This document shows positions 1 through 10,479 of a DNA stretch of 27,973 nucleotides, in pieces. The stretch is from contig NW_021827563.1 of assembly GCF_006345805.1 (NCBI RefSeq), positions 1-27,973 of the forward strand, in the 5' to 3' direction. Under the pieces are notes generated by a model. That model was not told the DNA's origin and did no database searches. It worked only from the letters and a program-made list of their open reading frames with translations. Source of the stretch: Octopus sinensis (taxonomy: Eukaryota). The position numbers were made by a program, and so were the translations under genes. Position 1 is the first letter of the stretch. Each line of letters starts with the position of its first letter.

Positions 1-121
1 CCCCACTCTTTATCTCTCTCTCTCTCTCGGTTCTCTACACATATCCATTTATAATTCACACACAAACACATACACACACACACATCTGCATGCTTCATAC
101 ATACACATACATACATACATA

Positions 122-161
<40 letters not shown>

Positions 162-808
162 CACATGTATACGTAAACGTATATTATACATATATCTATA
201 TTCACATACATGCAGGTTATATGCATATAGCTAATTATTAACACACACAAACGCACATATTTGAATATATAACCAGTTACATTTATATATATAGTATGGT
301 GGATATATGTATATATATATATATATAATATATATATATATTATATATACATATATGTATATAAAAATGTATATGTATATATAAATATACATGTACATAT
401 GTGTATATAAAAGTGTGTGTGTATACACAAACACACACATACATATGTACATGTTATATGTATGCAGCTAATTACAAACATATACACACTTATCGCAAAA
501 CAAAGAATCGCACGTGATTTCGACTCGGAATCTTCTGGGACTTAGGATTAACAGCATCAACACCATCACCATCAACATCACAACCACCACCAACAACAAC
601 AACAATAACAACAACAATAGCGGTAGTGGTAGTAGTGGTAGTAGTAGCGGTAGCAACAGGACGAAGAAGCAAAGACAAATACTGCTGACAAACAAGGAAA
701 CAAAACAAGTTTAAAAAATCTATTATTTACGAGATTTTGAGTGAATGGGTCGGGGAGTGACTCTTGGAGTGATATCCTGAGTGTATGCGTGTGTGTGTAG
801 ATATAGAT

Positions 809-848
<40 letters not shown>

Positions 849-1347
849 AATATGTATGTATGTATGTATGTATATATGTATGTATGTATATATGTATGTA
901 TGCATGTATGTATGTATGTAGTGTTTATGTGTGTCAATGTATGTATGTATGTATACAGACAGTGAGAGCAAGAGGGAGATGTGTGAGTGTGTGTGTGTGT
1001 TTGTGTATACATACGGGTGGATGGGTAGCTGGTAGTTGTTAAATATTAACGTTTATTTTGACATTTTTGTATGTGTATTTTTAGTTTTGTGAAGGATCGT
1101 GTGTGTTTGTGTGTAAGCGAGATAAGCATAGAAACAAATGTATTGTATTTAAACATGTATGTACGTGTGTATATATGTATATTATATGTATGTGTGTATA
1201 TACATATACATAAATATGTGTGTACAAGCATCCATATATGCTTGTGTATACAAGCACACACCATTACGCGTGTGGGTGTGTATGTTTGTATATACACAAG
1301 CATATTATGTGTATGTATATACACACACATATCTATCTATCTATCTG

Positions 1348-1440
<93 letters not shown>

Positions 1441-1510
1441 ATTATATATATATATATATATATATGTATTATATATATATATAGAGAGAGAGATAGACAG
1501 ATAGATAGAT

Positions 1511-1543
<33 letters not shown>

Positions 1544-1600
1544 TGTGTGTGTATATATACATACACACACACGCACACATATATATAAACACGGATACAT
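1..1600. repeat. Compound microsatellite field: (CT)n, (TA)n, (CA)n, (CATA)n, (CAA)n, (TATC)n ~1331-1440, (TAGA)n ~1484-1542
   Basis: Directly visible simple repeats. ORFs here are Y/I/V/C low-complexity translations. Confidence 0.95.
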
Positions 1601-1991
1601 ACGTACACAGCAACGAATCTCCCACCCGTCCCCCATTCCAAACAGACGCACGTGTGCCATGAGTAAGCTCGTTTTTGTCGCCAGACTAATCACAAAAAAC
1701 AATGACGACGATGACGACGACGACGGCCTCAATAATGATAATAAAAGCAAGATTTACTAAGTCGAAACGTTAACGATGATGAAGTAAGCTCACTCTGTAT
1801 TACTATCATATTTCGGGGTCACTCAGAGACCCTAGGGTCACACAATGAATTAGCAAAAAAAAGAAATCGGATAGCTGAGATTATACAAAACAATTAGACA
1901 AAATCTTGTATTTTAGGACGGTCATTATGCCAATGATACGCACACGCACTGGTTCTATTTCACTTCTTTTATTATTACTTATCAATTGTTA

Positions 1992-2202
1992 GATGGCGAA
2001 CTGGCAGAATCGTTATTACGCTGTGAAAAATGCTTAGCGGCTTTTCATCCGTCATTACATTCTGAGTTCAAATTCTGCCGAGGTTAACTTCGCTTTTCAT
2101 CCTTCCGGGGTCGATAAGTACCAGTGAAGTACTGTAGTCGATGTAATCTACTTATCCTGCCACTAAAATTTCAGGCCTTGTGCCTATAGTAGAAAAGATT
2201 AT
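1992..2202 (+). mobile_element. tRNA-derived SINE family A, tail type 1
   Basis: A-box-like TGGCAGAATCG and B-box-like GAGTTCAAATTC. Body is shared with copies at 3166-3387, 10650-10867, 10963-11192 and 25616-25822. Ends ...GGCCTTGTGCCTATAGTAGAAAAGATTAT. Confidence 0.85.
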
Positions 2203-2459
2203 TTTTCGTCAGTTGGCTAATTCATCGATACATAGAGTGATCATTCGGTCAGTAAATCAATTAGGTTTATAGTGGATCTTGCATGCATGAAGTGGATTCG
2301 ATCCACCACAGCCAAATTTAAATTAACACTGCAACAGAACTTTTCCCACGGTGGAACAATGGCTTTTGTCTGACAGCAGTTTTACATTTTCCAGATGCCT
2401 TTAGCTAGGTCGAAATAATGTCTTCACTACTTGACCCTTTCTAATCTCTTCTACTTCAC

Positions 2460-2930
2460 CAAAAACTAGAATAGAGTGGAAAAGTAGCGATACTCTGGCA
2501 CTATGATTTTCAGACGGATCATGTAATTGAACACTGTCGGTCGGATATTGTCATATTGAGTAAGAGAGACAAATACTGTCAGCTCTTTGATGTAGCCATA
2601 CCAAATGACATGACTGTTGTGAGTAAAGAGGTTGAAAAAAATCACCAAGTACTCCGAATTGAAAGTGGAAATGGCAAGACTGGATGGAATTCGAAAGGGT
2701 AATGTAAAAGTGATACCAGTGGTGACTGGAGCGTTGCGCTCAATCAAATTGAAACTTCAAAACTTCTTAAGGCAACTGGAAATTCCATGCAACATTGATG
2801 TCTTGCAAAAAGCAGCTTTATTGAGCACAGTGTACATCTTAAGGAAAGTATTATCTGGCTGAGGTCCTTGTTGTGACTTGACAGATGACTAAAGACTCCG
2901 GTACATTTTTACCTACACTGTGTTACGAAG

Positions 2931-2931
<1 letters not shown>
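2460..2931 (+). mobile_element. 3' fragment of an RLE non-LTR retrotransposon (R4/Dong-like) with 3' UTR
   Basis: Manual translation ILWHYDFQTDHVIEHCRSDIVILSKRDKYCQLFDVAIPND, then a +1 slip at the A-run (~2640) into KITKYSELKVEMARL...VIPVVTGALRS...KAALLSTVYILRKVL. This is a PD-(D/E)xK endonuclease C-terminus, followed by an (AAT)n tail. Confidence 0.85.

Positions 2932-2999
<68 letters not shown>
2932..2999 (+). repeat. (AAT)n tail/target microsatellite
   Basis: Perfect AAT run directly after the RLE 3' UTR. Confidence 0.95.
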
Positions 3000-3165
3000 G
3001 CTTTTCTATCATAGACACAAGGTCTGAAATTGGAGGGAGGGGACTAATCAATTACATCGACCCCACTGCGTGACTGGTTCTTATTTCATCGACCCCCGAA
3101 AGGATAAAAGGTAAAGTCGACCTCAGCGGAATTTGAACTCAGAACCTAGCGACGGGCGAAATACC
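2998..3165 (-). mobile_element. SINE family A, tail type 1, lacking its 5' head
   Basis: Reverse complement of the 1992-2202 body and tail. Breaks at internal AAATACC. Confidence 0.85.
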
Positions 3166-3387
3166 TATTTCTTTACTACCCACAAGGGGTTAAACACAGA
3201 GAGGACAAACAAGGACAGACACACGGATTAAGTCGATTATATCGACCCCAGTGTGTAACTGGTACTTATTTAATCGATCCCGAAAGGATGAAAGGCAAAG
3301 TCGACCTCGGCGGAACTCAGAACGTAGCGGCAGACGAAATGCCGCTAAGCATTTCGCCCGGCGTGCTAACGTTTCTGCCAGCTCGCC
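3166..3387 (-). mobile_element. SINE family A, tail type 2, full length
   Basis: Sense strand starts GGCGAGCTGGCAGAAACG and ends ...CCCCTTGTGGGTAGTAAAGAAATA. Near-identical to 10963-11192. Confidence 0.9.
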
Positions 3388-3393
3388 ACCTCC

Positions 3394-3426
<33 letters not shown>

Positions 3427-3490
3427 CATTATTATTATTTCATTTATTGGCCTCCAGAGCCGACATATAGGGGAAATTATTATTATTATT

Positions 3491-3903
3491 ATAGATAAGA
3501 AAAAGCGAAGTTGCTTACTTATCGACCCGTCAAGCCCGTTTGAAAGAAAGACCAAAAAAATAAGATTAAAATTTGAAATAGGAAGAATTTGGGGCATGAG
3601 AACAGTAAAGGTCTTGTCTGTAATAATTGGTACGTTGCGAACAGTAAAGAAAGATGTAGACAAATGGCTGAAGAAGATTGGAAAAGGATGCCCGGTAGAG
3701 TTCTTGCAAAAAGTTTGTCTTGTAGGGACAGCAAGGATTATCAGGTGGGTTCTAAGAACTTGAAAGATACTTCTGGATACCTAAGGTTACAGGTAGTAAC
3801 CTGCTAACCACATAATTCCTACCAGGAATAAGACCTAAACTGAGTCAAACCATAATAATAATAATAATAATAATGATAATAATTATAATGATAATAATAA
3901 TAA
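3491..3903 (+). mobile_element. 5'-truncated RLE non-LTR retrotransposon (R4/Dong-like) with 3' UTR and (TAA)n tail
   Basis: IDKKKRSCLLIDPSSPFE...IGRIWGMRTVKVLSVIIGTLRTV...LQKVCLVGTARIIRWVL, stop at 3763. (TAA)n at 3852-3903. Confidence 0.85.
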
Positions 3904-4040
3904 CTGCAGGAGATTGAAATAGAATGCCTGGTAGAGCTCCTACAGAAAGTTTGTCTCTTAAGGACAGCAAGGATTATCAAGAGGGTTCTAAGCACTTGAA
4001 AGACTACTGAAAGCTTGAGGATACCTAAGGTTACATGTTG
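3904..4040 (+). mobile_element. Second, shorter 3' fragment of the same RLE subfamily, head-to-tail behind the (TAA)n tail
   Basis: CCTGGTAGAGCTCCTACAGAAAGTTTGTCTC...GGACAGCAAGGATTATC...GTTCTAAG and GGATACCTAAGGTTACA parallel 3692-3790. Confidence 0.8.
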
Positions 4041-4373
4041 CTTCAGTCCACTCATCTGGAAAAATGAGTTGTAACTCAAATTCAAAGGGTTACCCAGTCT
4101 TGCCACATTCTGTGTCACGCTGAATCTCCATGAGAACTTTATTTCACGTTGCTCCAGTTCACTCAGCTGTAGAAATGAGTTGTGACGTCACAGGTGCCAA
4201 GCTGTATCGGCCCCTTTGCCTTTTCCTTGGATAACACTCGTAGCGTGGAAAGGGGAGGCCGGTATGCATGGGCGACTGCTGGTCTTCCATAAACAACCTT
4301 GCCCGGATTTGTGCCTGAGAGGGTGACTTTCTAGATGCAATCCCATGGTCAGTCATGACCGACGGGGGTCTCA
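4041..4373 (+). repeat. Unclassified interspersed repeat (SINE or LINE-UTR-like)
   Basis: GC-richer non-coding block ending CCCATGGTCAGTCATGACCGACGGGGGTCTC before a (TA)n run. Recalled as a common octopus repeat; single copy in this window. Confidence 0.4.
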
Positions 4374-4376
4374 GCA

Positions 4377-4416
<40 letters not shown>

Positions 4417-4980
4417 TGTGTGTGTGTGTGTGTGTACGTATTATCTATGTATGTATGTATACATTCGACCACAAAACTTGAACCAAAGCAAATTCGACCA
4501 AGTCGGGATTTGAATCAAGAACACCCAAATAACTGAATGCCCAAGATTGCCCAAGTAACTAAACTAAATACCGTAATGTCCAACACTTTAAAACGATTAC
4601 TGCCAATCCACCCCACTCCCATCGGCCCCTCCATCACCACCACCACCACTTGTTGGCTAGTAAGGTTTCCTCGTGCATGTGTCATTGCTAGTTTGCCAAT
4701 ACCAAACACAAAATTGCATTTAGAAACAAAATGCAGATATAATTATAGAACAGAATATCTTCTTCTCACCGCTCTAAATATCCAGATATCATGACCCGAA
4801 TTATATGATAAAATCAATATTAGAGCGTACAGCATTCGAATATGTAGATTATTTCAGTGAGATATGCTATTTATAAATGTTATTTTTCAAGCACCATCTC
4901 ACCAACACAAACACACAACACAGCTCAGCACAGCCCAACCAAGCCATCGCACATACATACACGCTGCGTCTGTCATAACG

Positions 4981-5096
4981 TCGCCATGTTACTTTACGAT
5001 AATTAAAATGGCTGTGAGTTATGGCCCGTTGCAGTCTCAAAAGCTGCTGCTGCTGGAGGTTAAACACGTGACGAGCTGGGGTCGCGTTCGTCCAAT
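4981..5096 (+). promoter_or_regulatory. Possible promoter / first micro-exon (divergent ANATGGC motifs, ATG GCT followed by GTGAGT donor)
   Basis: CGCCATGTT 4982-4990 (AACATGGCG on minus), AAAATGGCT-GTGAGT 5005-5019, CACGTGAC and CCAAT downstream, in a CpG-containing non-repetitive island. Confidence 0.3.
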
Positions 5097-5257
5097 AATG
5101 TAGGGAGTAGGTTTTGCATTGTCAATCGTGTAAGCGGTGAGAAATTTGGATAAATTCCAGTCAAGGGAACTTGTAGTCTTGGGACAGACTTCAAGTAACA
5201 TACATATATTGTGGTGGTGGTGGATCTCCGTCGTTCGACGATGAGCATGCAATTGTT

Positions 5258-5686
5258 GGATCTTTTCGGTTTGACCGGCAGTTTTTTCTAGCGGTGTCAT
5301 ATGAAATTGTCACCCATAATTATGACCCTAGTATCGATCTATTGCATTTCAATCTGTTTTGGGGTTAGTTAGGGTTAGGGTTGGGGGTGGGGGGAAGGGT
5401 ACCTTTTTTCTTCAGAAATGTAAATAAACCCAATCTATTTCTTAAATGAGGGACATATTCATACGGCACAGAATATTTTCACCTCAAGAGACGTCATTGA
5501 TTGGTTGAAATTGCAGAAATTGAAGAAAAAAACAACAACAAATATCTTACAAACTATAGAATTTTATCAATAAAGCCAAAAGAAAAAGATGTTTTATAAA
5601 CACATTCTACCAGTATACGAAGTTTAAAATTCTTTATTTACGTGGAAATTATTTTTAAAAAACTGCTGGTCAAACCGAAAAGATCC
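5258..5686. mobile_element. Non-autonomous DNA transposon (MITE), 429 bp, 30-bp TIRs, 8-bp TSD
   Basis: Left TIR GGATCTTTTCGGTTTGACCGGCAGTTTTTT (5258-5287) matches the reverse complement of 5657-5686 with 1 mismatch. CAATTGTT is duplicated at 5250-5257 and 5687-5694. Confidence 0.9.
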
Positions 5687-5771
5687 CAATTGTTTGGTGG
5701 CCGTGTATTGCACAGAGACACTTCGTGTTACCATAAAGAAATTCCCAGGCAGAATCAGTTTGAAACAGTGT

Positions 5772-5855
5772 GACCAAATATATATAGCGTAGCTCATTCG
5801 GTACAGTATCAGACTTTTAATCTGAGAGTCGTGAGTTCATGTCCCATTGCGGTCG
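5772..5855 (+). pseudogene. tRNA-Lys(UUU) pseudogene (or Lys-tRNA-derived SINE head)
   Basis: Anticodon arm TCAGA-CTTTTAA-TCTGA, TAGCTCATTCGGTA D region, GTTCATGTCCC T loop. Acceptor GACC+GCG / TGCGGTC is split by an 11-nt AT insert. D stem is mismatched. Confidence 0.75.
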
Positions 5856-5868
5856 AGGATTTCATTTA

Positions 5869-5983
5869 GGCACAAGAGTGGCTGTGTGGTAAGAAGCTTC
5901 CTTCCCAACCACGTGGTTCTGGGTTCAGTCCCGACGGAAACTGAAAACAAGCCCGTCGTCTCTATATGTATATATTATATATA

Positions 5984-6057
<74 letters not shown>

Positions 6058-6309
6058 ATATAGTATGTATGTAGTATGTATGTATGTATGTATGTATGTA
6101 TGCAGTATGTGTGTTTGTGTGACTGTGTTTGTCCCCGTACTATCGCTTGACAACCGATGTTGGTTGTGTTGCGTTCCCGTAACTTAGTGGTTCAACAACA
6201 GAGGCCGATAAAATACTAGACTTTCAAAGAATACGTTCTGGGATCGATTTGTTCGACTAAAGGCGGTGTCCCAGCATGGCCGCAGTCATATGACAGAAAC
6301 AAGTAAAGG
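5869..6309 (+). mobile_element. tRNA-derived SINE family B with internal (TA)n/(TATG)n microsatellite and internal deletion
   Basis: Head GAGTGGCTGTGTGGTAAG...GGGTTCAGTCCC, GGAAACTG...AAGCCCGTCG core, 3' GGCGGTGTCCCAGCATGGCCGCAGTC...GAAACAAGTAAA. May correspond to the octopus OR-type SINEs. Confidence 0.85.
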
Positions 6310-6329
6310 AATATATATATACATATATC

Positions 6330-6480
6330 CTTTCACTTGTTTCAGACACTGGACTGTGGCCATGTTGGGGCAGTGCTTTGAAGGGTTTTGTCGAACAAAT
6401 CGACCTCAACGTTCTTTTTAAAATCCTTGTACTTATTCTACTGGTCTGTTTCACACACACACACATGTGGATTTGCGCGC

Positions 6481-6511
<31 letters not shown>

Positions 6512-6870
6512 AGTGTGTGTGTCTGTCTATCTGTCTATCTATCTCCCACTACCGTAACTTAACGGTTTGACAAAAAGGATCGATAGAACAAGCACCAAAC
6601 TTCGTAAGAAAATAAGTAGCGGGGTCGATTACTTTGACTAAAAGTTCCTCAAGGCAGTGCCCCAGCATAGGCCGCAACCCAATGCCTGAAACTAGCAAAA
6701 GATAAAGGATAAAAGACAGCTGGGCCCACGTATGGCTGTTGTGGTTAAGTTGCTAGCATTGCGGGCAAATAGTTGCAGGTTCAATCCTGTTGCTCTCCTC
6801 CCTTCAGCAGAAAATTCTTCGAGGCGGTGCTCCAGAATGGCCGCAATCGAATGACCGGAACAAAAGATAC
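6330..6870. mobile_element. Cluster of SINE family B fragments (3' end minus ~6330-6445; 3' part plus ~6550-6716; head ~6725-6790; 3' end ~6815-6870)
   Basis: Repeated GCCCCAGCATGGCC/CTGAAAC...AAAAGATAAA tail motifs and a tRNA-like head. Confidence 0.7.
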
Positions 6871-7024
6871 TCACGCACACATACCAGGAGGAGAGGTTTG
6901 AATGGTTGGGAAGATAGATCCGCTTGGGAGTAGAACGAGAGCGAAAGGGCGAAGGGGAGAGGTGTGAGCCGTGAAATTTGAAGGGGTTTGTTTAATTTGG
7001 GGAGGTTGTTAAAATAGCCACCAG

Positions 7025-7395
7025 GAAGAGAGAGAGGGGTGAGGGGAGAGAGAGTGAGTGAGAGAGAGCGAGTAGAGAGAAAGAGGGAGAGAGGGTGAGA
7101 GTGAGAGGGAGAGGATGAAAGAGAGGGTGAGAGAGAGACACAAACAGACAGAGTGAGAGAGAGAGGGAGTGAGAGATAGTGAAAAAGAGTAGGTGAGACA
7201 GAAAGAGATAGAGGATGAGAGAGAGAGTGTGAGAGAGATAAAGAGAGAAAAAGAAGGGTACAGAAAGAGTGAGATAGAGAGAGAGGAAGTGAGACAAAGA
7301 GAGAGAGAGAGGGTACAGAAAGAAGGTAGAGATAGATGGAGAAAAAGAGTTGTACAGAAAGAGGGAGGGAGGGAGACAAGGAGAGAGAAGGGGAA
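7025..7395. repeat. Degenerate (GA)n polypurine tract
   Basis: Directly visible. Confidence 0.9.
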
Positions 7396-7544
7396 GATGA
7401 TAGATATTTGGGGCAATTAGATAAAGGGTGTTTAAAGCTTGTTAAAAGGACCCCTTTTATCATGTGACACGGAGTTAATTGTAAAGGAGGCTGGAAATCA
7501 CGGGAGCTGAGTGAATGAATAACGATGACATTGTCTAGCATTGT

Positions 7545-8399
7545 CATCGCCACCACCACCACCACAACCATCCACTATTTCTATAACCATCCTTATCATC
7601 ATTATCATCATCTCCAATGCCACAAAAACACCCGCCGCCAATGCCACTGCCCGCCGCCGCCGTTGCCACTGCTCCGCCTCCGCAATACTTCCACCATACT
7701 GCCACCATCATCATCGTCACCACTATCATCACCACCGCCAGAACCACCAGCCTAACCACCGTCACCGCCGCCACCACCCCACCATCATCATCATCATCAC
7801 CATCATCATCATCACCATCATAACCACCACCACCACCTACACAACCATCATCATCGTCACAAATCACCATCCACGATGCCACAACTACCAACCTCATCAC
7901 CACCACCACCACCATCACCACCACCATCACTACTACCACCACCACCACCACAACCACCCCCATACCACCACACCGTCCTTATCAGTTACGTATTTATTTG
8001 TTCACAATGTGAACTTGTTTCAGGCCAACAGTTGTGGCGGTGGTGGTGGTGGTGGTATAATGGCGGTGATAGAGATGGAGGTGGTGATGGTGATGATGGT
8101 GGTGGTGGTGGTATTGGTGTTGGTAAGGGTTGTGGCAGTGGATGTTGTGACGATGGTGGTGGTGGTACGTTTGGTATTTGTGATGGGGGTGGTGTGTTGG
8201 TGATGGTGGAGGTATTGTCACGTTACCACCAATAGTACAACCATCATCATCATCATCATCATCTTCATCATCATCATCATCATCATCTTCATCATCATCA
8301 TCATCATCATCATCGTCATCATCATCATCGTCATCATCATCATCATCATCATCTTCATCATCATCGTCATCATCATCATCATCGTCATCATCATCATCG

Positions 8400-8446
<47 letters not shown>

Positions 8447-8620
8447 TTCATCATCATGATCATCATCATCATCATCATCGTTGTCGTCGTCGTCGTCGTC
8501 ATCATCATCAACAACAACAACCCACTGAGCAATAAACCAGCAAATATATCAGCAACAACAACAACAACAACAACAACATCAACAACAAAAGATACAGCAG
8601 CAGCAACAACAACAACGACA
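7545..8620. repeat. Trinucleotide repeat field: (CAC/CAT)n, (GGT/GAT)n, long (CAT)n ~8242-8510, (CAA)n
   Basis: Directly visible. The poly-His, poly-Met and poly-Thr ORFs are artefacts. Confidence 0.95.
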
Positions 8621-8875
8621 ATACCAACCCAAATGCTACAGAAAAACACGGATCTGTGGCAACGTTCCTGTCTCCACGTGGTGCCAAATGATGGAAGATT
8701 AAAGTCAAACGAAAGGAATAAGTAAATGGTTGGATATGGGATAATAGAATATTGGAAGAATGAAATGGTTTGGAAGGTTTTTGAAATAACGAAATATTGG
8801 AAGATCATAGAATTTGGTATATATTGCGTTTTTGTGAGAATAATTTATATCAAGTTGTGTGTGTGTGTGTGTCCA

Positions 8876-8910
<35 letters not shown>

Positions 8911-9067
8911 ACACACACACACACACCACACACATACATATATATATATTATATATATATATATATTATATTGATAAAAATGGCAAGACAACAAAAGAAT
9001 AAAGAGACCTCGATATTATGTAAACAGATGAATTTATCTGTAAATGTAATATGTGACAATTATTTGG

Positions 9068-9141
9068 TAGCCATGATAAAACTCCGAGTGTCGGATGTCG
9101 GGGTGGAAATCCACGCCGCCGCCTCTTCAGTTATCCGGCCA
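9068..9141 (-). ncRNA. Minimal type-I hammerhead-ribozyme-like motif (one core substitution)
   Basis: Minus strand: UGGCC-G-GAUAA / CUGAAGA / stem II / GACA (for GAAA) / palindromic ACUC-G-GAGU / U / UUAUC-AU-GGCUA. Confidence 0.6.
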
Positions 9142-9180
9142 TCGGATAACATTTTAGGAAAATAAAAATAAGAAATATAT

Positions 9181-9335
9181 ATTTTTTTCTCTCCTTGTTT
9201 TTTCTGTGTATCTTTCTGTCGAAGAGCGTAGGCTCGAAACGTAAAAGATTTTTTCTATTCCTGAGCGCTATACTAATACATTATATGTTTGTACTCCACC
9301 TGCCTTCGTCTTTTGTTTATTTCGTAAACTTTGTC
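9181..9335 (+). mobile_element. Penelope-like terminal repeat remnant carrying a hammerhead-like motif (9210-9249)
   Basis: ATCTTT-CTGTCGA-A-GAGC-GTAG-GCTC-GAA-ACGT-A-AAAGAT, followed by (TA)n. The PLE assignment is inferred from the known PLE-hammerhead association. Confidence 0.5.
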
Positions 9336-9395
9336 TGTATATATATATATATATATATATAGATATATATTATATATATATATATCTATATATAT

Positions 9396-9430
<35 letters not shown>

Positions 9431-9490
9431 TATATATATATCTATACATAGATATAATATTTTCCCTTCTCTCTCTCTCTGAGAGATACA

Positions 9491-10370
9491 TTGGCTCCTT
9501 ACCTTTTTATCATCATGGTGGATGATTGTATGCGCCTTGCGTTGGAGAAACACCAGGACTCTGGCTCTACTGTAGGGTTAAGCAAGAGGGTTAAGACTAA
9601 AAAGATATCAGATGCTGAATTTGCTGATGACATATTTCTGTTGGCAAACACTGTGAGTGAGATAGAGGAATTGATGCAGGAAGTGGAGACTATGTCGATG
9701 AGTGTGGCGCTGAAAATGAATGAAATTAAGGCGAAGTATCTGGTAGAGAATATTAAGAAGCCAGAGAAGATTATAAATGTAGGCAGGAAGCCGCTAGAGT
9801 TGGTTGAGGACTTCCTGTATCTGGGAGCAAAGACTGGAAACACAGAGGGTGATATAGTTGAGAGGAAGAGCAAAGCCTGGGTGGTATGTCACAGTTTGAG
9901 ATCTGTATTTAAGTCGGACCTTTGTAAAGATCTGAAGATCCGTCTCTTTGTTGCTGCATTGGAGCCTGTGCTGTTGTGCGGGACTTGGGACACTGACCAA
10001 GAAACTCACTCAGATGGTGGATGGGTGCTACACGAGAATGCTGAGGATGGTTCTGAACATTAATCAGTAAACACTGAAGATGAAGAACTCAGAGCTGTAC
10101 GAGAGCCTCCCAAAAGTTAGATCGAAAATAACAGAGAGGAGACTGAGGTTGGATGGATATGCTCACCGTCATCGAGAGTTGATACTGCACTCGGTGATCC
10201 TGTGAGATCCTCTACACGGATACAGAAGAAGAAGGAGACCAAGAATGACATATGTTGATGCTCTAAGGACAGACACTGGTCCCTGGGAGACAAAAGGACA
10301 TGGAAGCGATGATAAGGGACAAAGACCGCTGGAGAAAACTCGTCCAAGGATCTCGGGAATTTTACCCGCC

Positions 10371-10372
<2 letters not shown>
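9491..10372 (+). mobile_element. RTE-clade (RTEX-like) LINE, 3' fragment with RT domain
   Basis: [10 protein letters not shown]...EFADDIFLL...VEDFLYLG...KIRLFVAALEPVLLCG, with a frameshifted continuation (ETWTL / YTRMLRM / TYVDALRTDTG). Confidence 0.85.
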
Positions 10373-10445
<73 letters not shown>

Positions 10446-10479
10446 CACACAAACGTACTCATAATATATATAATTTCGT

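Noticed and set aside
5361-5394. TTAGGG repeats as a telomere or fusion scar
   Set aside because: Only a few units, and they are internal to a TIR element.
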